Notes under the pieces: model-generated
The model's database searches: none
Told to the model about the DNA's origin: nothing
What the model saw: only the letters and a program-made list of their open reading frames with translations
Program-made: the position numbers and the translations under genes
Part shown: positions 1-10,810 of the stretch, piece by piece
Numbering within the stretch: position 1 is the stretch's first letter
How the letters are laid out: every line of letters begins with the position of its first letter
From: Azolla caroliniana
Taxonomy: Eukaryota; Plantae; Polypodiophyta
DNA length: 64,000 bases
Assembly: GCA_043228905.1 (NCBI GenBank)
Contig: JBHGNT010000008.1
Coordinates: 3,782,001-3,846,000 of the forward strand
Direction: 5' to 3'

Positions 1-1256
1 ACGATATAATCCGGACAGAGATGGGAGCAGCACCTATAATAACCGAGGCGTTGTTCCGATCAGTGACATTTATCCAACGTCTTTGGGAGCTCCCTATATG
101 AAGGTACCCAAGGTCTGCACTTATGTCATCAAAACAACTGGTTGAAAATGGAGACACTCATTGTTGGTATGCTGAAATGCAGCAATGGTTCGAGTCACAT
201 GGCATGAGTATAAATGCACTACCCTTGTTCCAATATAGCTTGGACTGACCCCATCTAAATATGACCAAAGTGGAAAAGAATAGAGTGATCCGAACTAATA
301 TTATTAACTTGGAAAACAAGATAACGTGGATCAGCCCCAAAATACCACTTGGTACAAAGATGGCCCACTGTAAGACGCACTTCTTACATACATCGGAGGA
401 TGGATTTGTCATCAAGCCACCTTATATGGACATACATCTATCCTATGTGATGCGTATTGTGATAGGGTAGCTACGAACTTCATCACATCAATTACAGATT
501 GAGGTAGGCAAATATACAAGACTACCTCTAGAAGAGAGAATTTGCCAATTGTGTCATCAAGGAGTGGAATCTGAAGAACACTATGTTTGTCATTGTAGTG
601 TCTTTTATGAAATCAGAGGGAGATACCATTGCCTCTTTAAACAAGGCTTTGGCCCACTATGCAAGGTAATAGAATATGAGGACCAACTATGCCTAGGACT
701 TTTCTTGCTAGAGCTCAAGAGACATCAAGAAAATTTGTTGAAGAATACAGCCACACAAGGTCATCCACAAAGAACAATCGCAACTTTCATTAGCCCCATC
801 ACTCCTAATGCTAGAAGTCAATACCGGGATACACAAATGGGCTTCAGACCAGGACATAACAAAGGGGTTACAATTGATTGGGCAATGGCAATTTGTCGTG
901 CACGTAGGTCTCGGCCCCATGGACTACGACCTCAACACCCTTGTCATCGATAGATAAAAGTCATTATCTCCCACCATCGTAGGTGCTTCCCTCGTTTCGG
1001 AGACATTTCCATTCTGGATCGACCTATGCTAGAGATCTTTCGAAGACAAAAGCTACAATATACCTAACCTGAGGATCTCACTTGTGCCAAAAACCAAATT
1101 CCCTCATTAATTTATCTTTTCATGTTATTTACTTTTATATTTAATGTGTAATATTTATTTTATTTTGTTTTGTTCTCAAAGACGAGACAACACTTAAGAT
1201 GTAATCTCTTATTTGGTCTTATAGGCCATTTTGGCCTCTTAGAAGAAGTTAATATT

Positions 1257-1298
<42 letters not shown>
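1..1298 (+). mobile_element. 3' fragment of a non-LTR retrotransposon (LINE ORF2 C-terminus with CCHC zinc-knuckle region, 3' UTR and (TTTC)n tail), inactivated
   Basis: ORFs 261-470 and 549-953 are in the same frame, split by one TAG. They read ...G*LRTSSHQLQIEVGKYTRLPLEERICQLCHQGVESEEHYVCHC, typical of a LINE ORF2 C-terminus. The 3' end has the hairpin AGGCCATTTTGGCCT (1223-1237) and a (TTTC)n tail (1254-1298). The same family recurs at 14407-15165 (-) and 16220-16294. Confidence 0.8.
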
Positions 1299-1299
<1 letters not shown>

Positions 1300-1329
1300 A
1301 CTTCTCGTCGGGGACATCCAAGTATAACA

Positions 1330-3300
1330 TGCCGCCAAAAACCTTGAAGTGCGAATGATATGGCTTTTTCCAGAAATTCTTCTCTTGAGGGGTCATGGCA
1401 TGGACAACCTCGGTCGTGCACCTATTGATGAGATACACATTCGTGACTCTTGCCTATACCTAATAGATCTTTGGCTTATTCTTGTCCTACAACATGGCAC
1501 AAGCCATCTCAAGAATTGTGTGGTTCTTCCACTGAGCTACAATGTTTTGTTGTGGTGTGTACTAGCAAGAGAACTCACAGTAAATCCCCTTCTCTTCTAG
1601 CGAGCTCGTGAACATGGCTAAGAAGTATTCTTGGTCACCATCAAATCTTGTGATTCGTTTCATTTTCCACACCACTCTTTAACTTAAGAAAGTGACAAAT
1701 GAGCTCATTTATTGACATCATTGGGTATATCCAGGTATGCCACAAATAATCCTCAATGAAAGTAACAAAGGACCTACACCCATTGATTGTCTTGTTCTAC
1801 ATTGAGCCCCATACCTCCGAGTCGATAACGTCCAATAGGCCTTTACTCACATTCCTCTCACTCGGGAATGGACGCCTATGTTGCTTTCTTAGTAGCATGC
1901 CTTGAATACATTATCATTATTTTGTCAAAGTAAATTGTGGCAAATCATGCACAAATCCTTTCGTTTGCATCAATCAAAGTCTACCAAGGTTTACATGGAC
2001 AACCTGCTAGTGCCACAACTTGATATCAAACTCAGACTTCTATCCCTTTGCATACATCGTTGTGTTCACCTTGTCTGTGTGGAGTCATCATCCGTGTCCA
2101 CCACATCAAGTTTGTCGGGTTCCCTCAAATTTATGAAAAATTCTTGATGTCATACCATGTTATTTGAGGTTAATGAGACCATAAACCAAACGTTATCAAG
2201 TTGGGAAGTGCTTGTTATCATGTGATTCGCCCAATATCACATGACAAAGATTGGCCCTTTGTTATCTCAACCAGTCAATGCAACATAGTTTGTTTGTTGT
2301 TGGAGCAAGGCAACTGAGTCATTCTTCTTCTGGCCCTCATTTTGAAAGTGGTCAGGATTTTCACAATACCATCACGCTATTTATTGGTTTTGTCGAGTTC
2401 ATGGAGGTTGGTGGAAGCTCCCTTGTATCAAAATTTCATCAACTGCTACCACCTTCTTGTGTTGAGAATTAAATTGTTGCGGACCTCATTCACCTTTTCC
2501 TCAATCATTCCTCTATTGATTTCCATGGTCATGATCTTGATCAAGATCTTCTTGTGTATATAGCATCCGCCCATTAGATGTTGTGCTTTTCAATTGCATA
2601 TGGTTCTCTACGACTATTAACATGGACTCCAAGTCCAAAATCTTGCAGGGTTCTCCCTTGTTATGGTGCTTTGAAAAGAACCATACCTATGTGTGAGGCC
2701 GTCAAGGTTTTTTTGTACCATCTTGTTGTCGTCATCGATTGTAATGTGGATGGAGGTGAGTGAATTATCAAGTCTTTGATCTTGAGGGTATACTCTATCA
2801 TAGATATTCTCTCTATTGAATATTGTTCAGCTCTTTTCAATGGTTTTGGGTTGTGGTTGAAGCCACAAAAATCTTCTTAAGTTTTACCATGCTTCCTTGG
2901 GGGTTTTCACATCTTTAATGTTGCTTAATATGTAATCTCCAAACCTCATGCTCAGATACCATGTAAAGAATGTCAATTGTCATAGAGTCTAGGTGTGCAT
3001 AGCATAGTGGGTGTATGATTAAGAGCAAGAATCAAAGAAAACAAATAGAAATAATGAAATACACAAGAGGGGAGATGACAGGTTATGCACTAAAGAAAAT
3101 ACTATATCAATTGACTAAAAATTGTTAACAAAACACAATGGGCCAAGTGGGTTTTATATGCAAGTCGTTAAGGCACTACCCCAGTAAATGTGGTTGGGGG
3201 AGTTTAGTCATAGACATCCATTTGAGTACGATTTTGTCACTAGAATATCTAGTATTCGTTTACCACATTTACACTTGACAACTAACTGCATATCACAATC
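1330..3300 (-). mobile_element. Highly degenerate Ty1/copia LTR retrotransposon relic (gag/protease/integrase remnants, PBS and start of 5' LTR)
   Basis: GCTCAGATACCA at 2950-2961 is the reverse complement of a near-perfect tRNA-iMet PBS and is directly followed by TGTAAAGAAT (LTR edge). Minus-strand remnants resemble the protease SGASNHM region (~2220-2250) and integrase FVTFI(E/D)D (~1750-1770). Both boundaries are approximate. Confidence 0.55.
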
Positions 3301-4558
3301 TAGTTCTTTGTGTAACTAGATAGTTCACACGGATTACAATAGTGTGCGTGTGCACTGTGCTTTTCTCCATAAGCACACATTCACGTAAGTTGAGCTTGAT
3401 TCTCAATAGTTAGCATATGCACCGAGTTCATGAAAGAACCATAGCTCTATTATGAGGATGTGCTATCGTGAGTCCTTATGTAATCCTCATCTTTATTCTC
3501 TTCACATGATAATAACCCTGATTTGAAATTTGTGGTCATAGATTAATCATCCACGAGCAAGCTACCTTCATGTCGTCTGTGTTGCACTCAATAACTCTTG
3601 TTCTCTTTTGTCATATGAGGGCATCATTTCTTATACAGTTCCACCACAAGCCGACTTACATGAGGTAAAGGTCTCCTAACAAACAATTGTGCACCACTTG
3701 GTTGACATTGAGTTCTTGGTTGGCGATAGTCAACATCGTATATTGTGACCTAGTATCATGCCCTCACGATGGTGAATCGAACCATTGGCCATGTAGAGCT
3801 TTACCTCTACTTGGGCCATCTTGGGGCTATCCCACTTCTACCAACACATGTAACTTATTATGCTCACTCTTTCTCTCATATCAAGTATCCCTAAGGTGGG
3901 GACACCTTGATCTATCATACAGAGTGTGATCCTAATATTGTCAACTTTCAAACTTGTAGCCACCAATGTGTTCACTTGTCGTAGTTCAAAGCACATTATG
4001 TGTAGGATTTCCATTATGGGTTCCCTATGTCCAACTTTGGACATCTCCTTGTACTTGTCAAAATATCAAGTCACAAATGAGGATCTAATCTTAAAATTTC
4101 CTCCATGGTGTGTACTACCGCCCTAGCCAGGATTGACTCCTCAAGGTTTGTGTTTTCTATAATGGGAGACCAACTATTCCACACACTTCCCATCATTAAT
4201 AAGGTGAGCATAGTTTTGTATTTTGCATATCTCGGCATGAGCATTTGGATAAGCCGTTAAATGGGGAAGGAGTATTGTGTCTATTTTTGTTTCATCTGAA
4301 TCTTTTGAAGGTAATCTTTTTCCATGTAATTCACCATGGCCAAACTAGGAATTGGGTATTGAAGTGGTTTGTTTGGAGGATTTTTTATTTCCTTTGTGAG
4401 GTATTTGCCTCCTCTTCCTCTTAACCATTACAATAACCGGAAAGAAAATTAGGCAACCACAAGTAATAAGGTATCTATTGAGATCCAGTACACCAGGCTA
4501 GAAAGAGAGCATCATATTCATTGTTGAAGGAAGAGATAAACACATTGGCATTTAAAAA

Positions 4559-4652
4559 ATATATATATATATATATACATATATACATATATACATATAT
4601 ATATATACATAGATACATAGATACATATATATACATACATATACATACATAG

Positions 4653-4689
<37 letters not shown>

Positions 4690-4728
4690 AATACATATAT
4701 ACATATATATAGAGAGAGAGAGAGAGAG
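4559..4728. repeat. Compound (TA)n/(TACA)n/(GA)n microsatellite
   Basis: Directly visible; it explains the low-complexity ORFs 4475-4744 and 4518-5033. Confidence 0.95.
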
Positions 4729-5278
4729 AATCCATCAACGTCATTGATCATGAAGCATATAAGACGAATCAAACCAACTAACATAATTGAACATGAAGCA
4801 TATAAGACCAATGAACATCTAAAAACATGAGGGAGAATGTGAATAAAAACGAGAAACAAGAGGGCCAAATGCGGCGATTGAGATGATTTATTATCATCAT
4901 GAGGGGACTCGGGGAGTAAACATGACCAAGGGAAACCCAAAACCCATGACAAACATAAAGCACATGGACACATAGATTGAAAAAGAAACGTCCATTGAAA
5001 CCGATGACCGGAAACAAACAAAAACAAATTCACTATGATAATCTTATCTCGGAGAAGATAGAGATGTGGACATTCCCAAGACCCGAAACAACAAACACAA
5101 ATTCATGATGATAATCTTATCTCGGAGTAGATAGATAGAGATGTGGACATCGTAACGAACCCACTAGGGGGCGGGGGGGGGGGGGGGGGGGAAGACTAAT
5201 CATTCACGAAACATATGAAATTTATTGTGGTCCGTCCGTCCGAGTGTGTGTTGTTTTAGTAGCAAGTTTCACAAGGGC

Positions 5279-5926
5279 CTAAAACGGGCGCCGGCCGAAG
5301 ACATTACCCGGGGGGCTGTAGTTACACAAGATGAAGGTCGAGCCGTCATCAATGCCCTTACATATAACAGACGCGCACCCGAGCTGCGTGGTGGCGCGCC
5401 ACACGATCTGAGTGTACTCCCCGCATGTGCGGCCGGGCGCGCACGAGTTGTTCGTAACATTGTAGAACCTGCCCGTCCGCACCCACGTGGCCACCGCGTC
5501 CTGGGGCCTCCACACCTTGCCGACCGAGCCCCAGAACTTGTTCTCGCCGTAGGGACCACGGGACGGCACCAATTGGCGGCACTTGTTGGAGGCCAACACG
5601 GAGGCCGCATGCCGCCGGGCAAAGGCCGCGAGGTTCTCGTTCCACACGAGCGGACGCACGCGCACGGCCGCGCGTGCCGCGTTGTGGCCCGACAAGTAGG
5701 CATTGACGGTGGCATTGGGGGTGGTAGTAGTGGGGGTAGTGGTGTTGGCGGATACCGATGCGGTGGCATTGCCGGAGGATGTAGATGGTAGAGATTGAGC
5801 CTGGGATGGGGATGCTCCGCTAACTCTAGCCGCCGCAATAGCGGGGGATTTCATGGTTACCAATATCATCATCATTGTCATTATGATTGGGAGAAACTGA
5901 GCTTGATCACATGACATGAAACCCAT
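5279..5926 (-). CDS. PR1: Pathogenesis-related protein 1 / CAP (SCP) superfamily secreted protein, 215 aa, intronless
   Basis: Hydrophobic N-terminus and a Ser/Thr/Pro-rich linker, then CAP motifs YLSGHNAARAAV..PLVW, GPYGEN, CG-YTQIVW..TTQLGCA and FILCNYSPPGN. The ORF is GC-rich against AT-rich flanks, with (GA)n in the upstream region. Confidence 0.93.
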   Translation of the reverse strand: MGFMSCDQAQFLPIIMTMMMILVTMKSPAIAAARVSGASPSQAQSLPSTSSGNATASVSANTTTPTTTTPNATVNAYLSGHNAARAAVRVRPLVWNENLAAFARRHAASVLASNKCRQLVPSRGPYGENKFWGSVGKVWRPQDAVATWVRTGRFYNVTNNSCAPGRTCGEYTQIVWRATTQLGCASVICKGIDDGSTFILCNYSPPGNVFGRRPF

Positions 5927-5997
5927 TTTCTCCTTACCTCACAATCTGCTTGCTACAATTGCTAGTAATACTCCTGCTGCTACTACTACCAGTCACT

Positions 5998-6043
<46 letters not shown>

Positions 6044-6294
6044 GGGTAGGAAGTTACTCAACCTCTTTGTACTTACTGACACAAGAGACAAGAGGGAGAG
6101 AGAGAGAGAGAAGGACTTAAATACATTTGTGAGTCTATCTACCCACTTGAACTACAGCTATGATGAGTACCTTTTTAGACTTTCTTTCTTGCATCCCCAT
6201 CATTGATACCATATGGCATACATACACCATACATCACCATCATTCTCCTAATCATCATTATTACAAACATACACAATGCAACATACATGACCAA

Positions 6295-6415
6295 ATACAC
6301 ATGCACACATACATACATGCATGCATACATACAACACATGCATACATACATACATACATACATACATACATACATACATCACCATCACCATCACCATAAT
6401 CATAATCATCATCGT
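6295..6415. repeat. (TACA)n and (CAT/CAC)n microsatellites upstream of PR-1; (GA)n at 5998-6039 and (GTGTAT)n at ~6620-6715 are nearby
   Basis: Directly visible simple repeats. Confidence 0.9.
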
Positions 6416-6619
6416 ATGAAGTTCTGTTTTTTTTCCTTCATTTAGTTTGGGGGACCTTTTCTAGGTTAGGTGTGGTCATTCATTTCTTGGATTGGCAAAA
6501 AATATCAAGAGACGTGAAGGAAGCAAGGGAAGGCCCCTAGAGTGTCTAAGGCATTGTCAACGTCCAAACTCTTACCTCTTCTTTAAGTCTTTAGGCCCTT
6601 GGACTTCACAAAAGGGTGA

Positions 6620-6656
<37 letters not shown>

Positions 6657-7249
6657 TTGTGTTTGTGTATTTGTGTTTGTGTGTCTTTGTGTATTTGTGT
6701 ATTTGTATTTGTGTGACCGTGTCTTTGTTTATGTGTAATATAAAGATGTGTGTGTACATGTATTTGTATGCACATGTATGCTATTCTATCATTGATATGT
6801 ATGTGGTATGCCTAATAAGTATTTATGACCTCCATCTAACAAAACCTCCAATTAAGAGAAGGGATCTCTAAGGTACATACGATATGGGATGCTATTTCTA
6901 TGCTTGGTTTAGGTAGGTGCACCATGCTTCCAAGCACGTGAGAGAAATAAGCACAAGGTTGATCGTGTGTGTGTGTGACATGTGCACGCAATCATAGATA
7001 TCGGTGTCAAGACATTAAGTATGGTGTACCTAGTTGCTTATGTATGTGTATTTTGTTGAATATCGTAACGATAAACCGTTGCAAATTGCGTTATAATAAA
7101 TTTTAAGTAAATCTTAAACACGAGAATAACATAGATTTTGGATATATATTGTAATAACAAATTAACACGTTAGTGCCTTCTTTATTCAAAAGGTATTTAC
7201 AAAATGAATGCACTTTGTGTCCCAACTAGTTCAAACCCTAATACTTGAG

Positions 7250-7680
7250 CAACATCACCTCAAATTCAATCAAAAAGTCATACTAATTATTTATAGAGGC
7301 TTCCTTTTATTTGTATTGCGTTTAAAGAACCAATCAATGAAATCTCACGTGTCACACAATAACAATTTGCAAAAAGAAATCCCCTTGCCATTTATGAAAA
7401 GGAAGTGTGTCAGTCATATGAGAGAGGTTTACAAGAACCTCCCATGTATGAAAACCCTAAACCCTGAACCCTGAACAACATCACCTCAAATTCAATCAAA
7501 AAATCGTGTTGATTATTTATGGAGACTTCCTTTTAGTTGTATGACATTTAAAGAACCAATCAAGGTAATCTTATGTGTCACAAAATAATAGTTTGCAAAA
7601 AGAAATCCCCTTTCCGTTTATGAAAAGGAAGTGTTTCAATTATATGAGAGAGGTTTACAAGAACCTCCCATGTATGAAAA
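7250..7680. repeat. Direct duplication of ~204 bp (period 226) separated by a telomere-like CCCTAAA/CCCTGAA spacer
   Basis: CAACATCACCTCAAATTCAATCAAAAA...GAACCTCCCATGTATGAAAA occurs at 7250-7454 and again at 7476-7680. The spacer AAACCCTAAACCCTGAACCCTGAAC lies at 7452-7476. Confidence 0.88.
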
Positions 7681-10153
7681 GCAAGGCTGTCAATGTCGTG
7701 GAAAAAAACCCCCTTTGATATATGAAAAGGAAGGGTGTTATCATAGTGTTAATGCATGTGTTGGTCAACGTTTTTCACGATATTGTTTGGGGTTCTAACT
7801 TCTAAGCATGTTGGATACACAGATGTGGCCTCTTTTGTGGAAATCTATGAAACTCTTCAATTCCATGCATTGTAGTAAAACCCCCTCTTAGGAAGGAGCC
7901 ACATACAAGATTACATATCGATTATGGTCCCATAGTTCATAATTAGCCTCCTAATGGACAATACATAACCTATTATTTTCTTTGTTGTAAGGTAAAAGTT
8001 GTGGATCCAATATTATGCCGATTATATTACCCTTTTTAGGAGGGATAAAATTGATATTCTCTATTTTATCAAGGTCAACTCATTTTACCCATAATATGAC
8101 CAAACATTTTTTTCATACACCCATAATTAACGTTCTAAAATCTATTAGTGAAATAATGATGATTGAATCAAACAACTAACTCCCTTACTTCTAGAAAAAG
8201 CAATAAACTTATCCTTACATTCCACTCATTTGTAGGATTTTGGGACACTTGAAATTAGGGATGATTGTTCCTTATTGCTTCTAATAAAGGCGTGGGTGAA
8301 AGAGATAAAAAAGAGAAGAGAAGAGAAGAGCATGATTTGAATGTGAATCCTCTGGACAAAGTTGCTCGATGTCATTGGTTGACATATGCATCATGTTGAG
8401 AAGAGGTCATGGATCTCGACGATGCCATGGATGGATGGAAAGCTTCGAATCATGCGGGCCGAGGTTACGGAATCTTGAGTCTTGAATAATGCCTTTTGTG
8501 AATCGCAATGTTGTAGGCGAGCTCAATCGTGGTCATGTGTCCGACGGGGGTTATAGAAAGGCTCGGGTGTGGTTATGGAAAGCTTGATGCGGTAAGTGCA
8601 TGTAGACTCAGGTAAGGTCAAGGGTATCCACCAGAGGTAATTGGAAAGCTCGAAAAGCTACCAGAGAGCGAATGCCCCATGGATGACAATAGATTGATTA
8701 GTTTATATATATATATATAGAGAGAGAGAGAGATCAATGTGGGTCGAGGTGAAGTCACGGATCGAGTTCTTCAATTGATTGTTCCGACCAGGCCATTGTC
8801 CGAAAAGCTTGAATTGTTGGGTGGGCGGGCGGATGGATCGATCTGCGTTCGGACCACGAGACCCAAGAGGAGGTGATCCATTATTTTATGTTGGTGTGCC
8901 AGAATTTTGTAAAGCTCGGTCGGTGGTTCATAAGAGATTTTGCTGCCTCATGAATTTCGATCCTGTTTCAGGTCGTAATTGGCGATTTTGCCTTATGGAG
9001 AGCTGTCTAATGGTGAGCACGGATGATCCATCCATGGCAAGGTATGCTTTCTTTCCTGTCCTGTCCTGTTTTGTTTTTTCTTCCTTTTCTCAGCAACCAA
9101 CCAAAGCAAAGCCCACACAACTGTAGAGATTATGGAAAGCCTTTTAACATATGTGCCGCCCATGATTTGTAGTCCAGATTTAGGGTTTTATGTGATAGGG
9201 ATTTTTTTGTTGTTGTTGTATACCTAGTTTAAAGCATATAATCACATCGTTTCTAAAATAAATAACTTCAGAATAAGAAACTAGACTTCAGTATGCACAT
9301 AAATTTCACAAAAAAACCTAGTTATTTATTACTCTAGATCTTTGCTGGATTTTTTTAAAAGAAATGTGTCGTGAAAATTATTATTGGTTTAAATGGGAAA
9401 TGCTATTTGAACTGAGTTTTTGTGCATATAAATCTCATGAAAACCTATTTTTGTTTATATCCATTCAGATAACATTTTTCGGAATCAGTTTTTTTATCCA
9501 GCCCCCACCCATTAGTTAATACAGAGATTCTTTCTCTTACATGTTATGTGTGTTTTATGCTGCGAAATGGATCTTATCAGAGTAAAGAGCTATAAGCGTC
9601 ATCAAGACGAAGATTCCATTCATATCACATGGTATATAGGATGGAGATGTCTCTGAAGCAAGGAAAGCACCTCTAGTGTCAGATGATAATAGCCTTTATC
9701 TGTCAATGATAAGGATGATGGGGTCTTGGTCTAGATGAGGGTGACCTATGCGCATGCAAATTTCAAATGCATGATCTATTGTAACCACTTTCAAGTTTAG
9801 CATGAGGAATTGATTTTTTTGTTCTTTATCATCTTAGGGTATTTTATTAAGAATATGTTCTCCTCCTTGACTCTCATATTCTTAAGGTTATCTTTGCTTA
9901 CGTTAATAGAGTGAGGCTCCAATGCTCAGTAATTATACCCTATCTAAGACATTCCATCAGATTGCCGATGTCAATATCCTCCCACTGCCAAAAATACCAT
10001 TGCCATTGGGCCGCAGCTGCCGTGGGGCTTGTAATGCAAGGGGCATGTCGCTGCCATTGCAACCGTCATGGAGCCACAGCCACGGTCACTACCACCATTG
10101 ATGCCAATGAAGCTACGCTGTTAGCAGAACATTGCCACCAATTTAAACATAAT

Positions 10154-10810
10154 TGTCAATTAGACAAGCAATGAAGGAGAGAGTGAAGAAGTAGGATGAT
10201 CGAGCAGACCAAGAATGAGACAAGAACCGTTGCTCACGAAAGAGCGCGAAACAGAGCCATAGCGGAGAGCTGAGTGATGGTTGATAGCAGATGTCTAAGA
10301 GCCAAGCTATGGCCAATAACCGATCCCCAAGAGTTGAGAGATGGATGATAGTTGATGGTTGAGCTGCACTGAACATTAGCCAGCTGCTGAGCTGAGAGCT
10401 TATAGTCAGGCTGAGGGATCAATTTAATGATATAAGTCCAGATCTCTCTATTCTTCTGCAATTCAGTCTTGTCCAAGTGTGGACAATCCAAGCTATATTG
10501 GAATAGGGTTAGTGCATTTATATTTATGCCATGTGAGTGGAACTATTCTGGCATTCCATTATACCAACAGTGATCTTCTCCTTGTTTTCTAGCTTGTTTT
10601 ATGACATAAGTGCCAAGCTTGTGTACCTTTCATCTGGTTGCTCCAAATCCATTGGATACAAGCTACTGATTGGAATAGTGCTTTGACCACTATTGGAGCT
10701 TCTCCCATCTGAGCTTGGATTATATTATAGGGCTCTAATGCATTGCTCCTTATCATGAAAACCATCATTGAGGCTAAGGTCTCTTCAAATCTCTCCAATT
10801 TTGTGCCCCC
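10154..10810 (-). mobile_element. LTR-like segment of a different family fused to the truncated copia RT
   Basis: On the minus strand it has a TATA-like TATAAAT (~10520), a CT-rich U5-like tract and a ...TTGACA end at 10154. It is not similar to the 13973-14406 LTR and no TSD was found. Confidence 0.4.

Noticed and set aside
5167-5191. Poly-G run downstream of PR-1 as a regulatory G-quadruplex
   Set aside because: A simple homopolymer of uncertain length, with no supporting evidence of function.
5225-5838. Overlapping ORFs 5225-5791 (+), 5269-5838 (-) and 5358-5645 (-)
   Set aside because: These are shadow frames of the GC-rich PR-1 coding sequence with no recognisable motifs.
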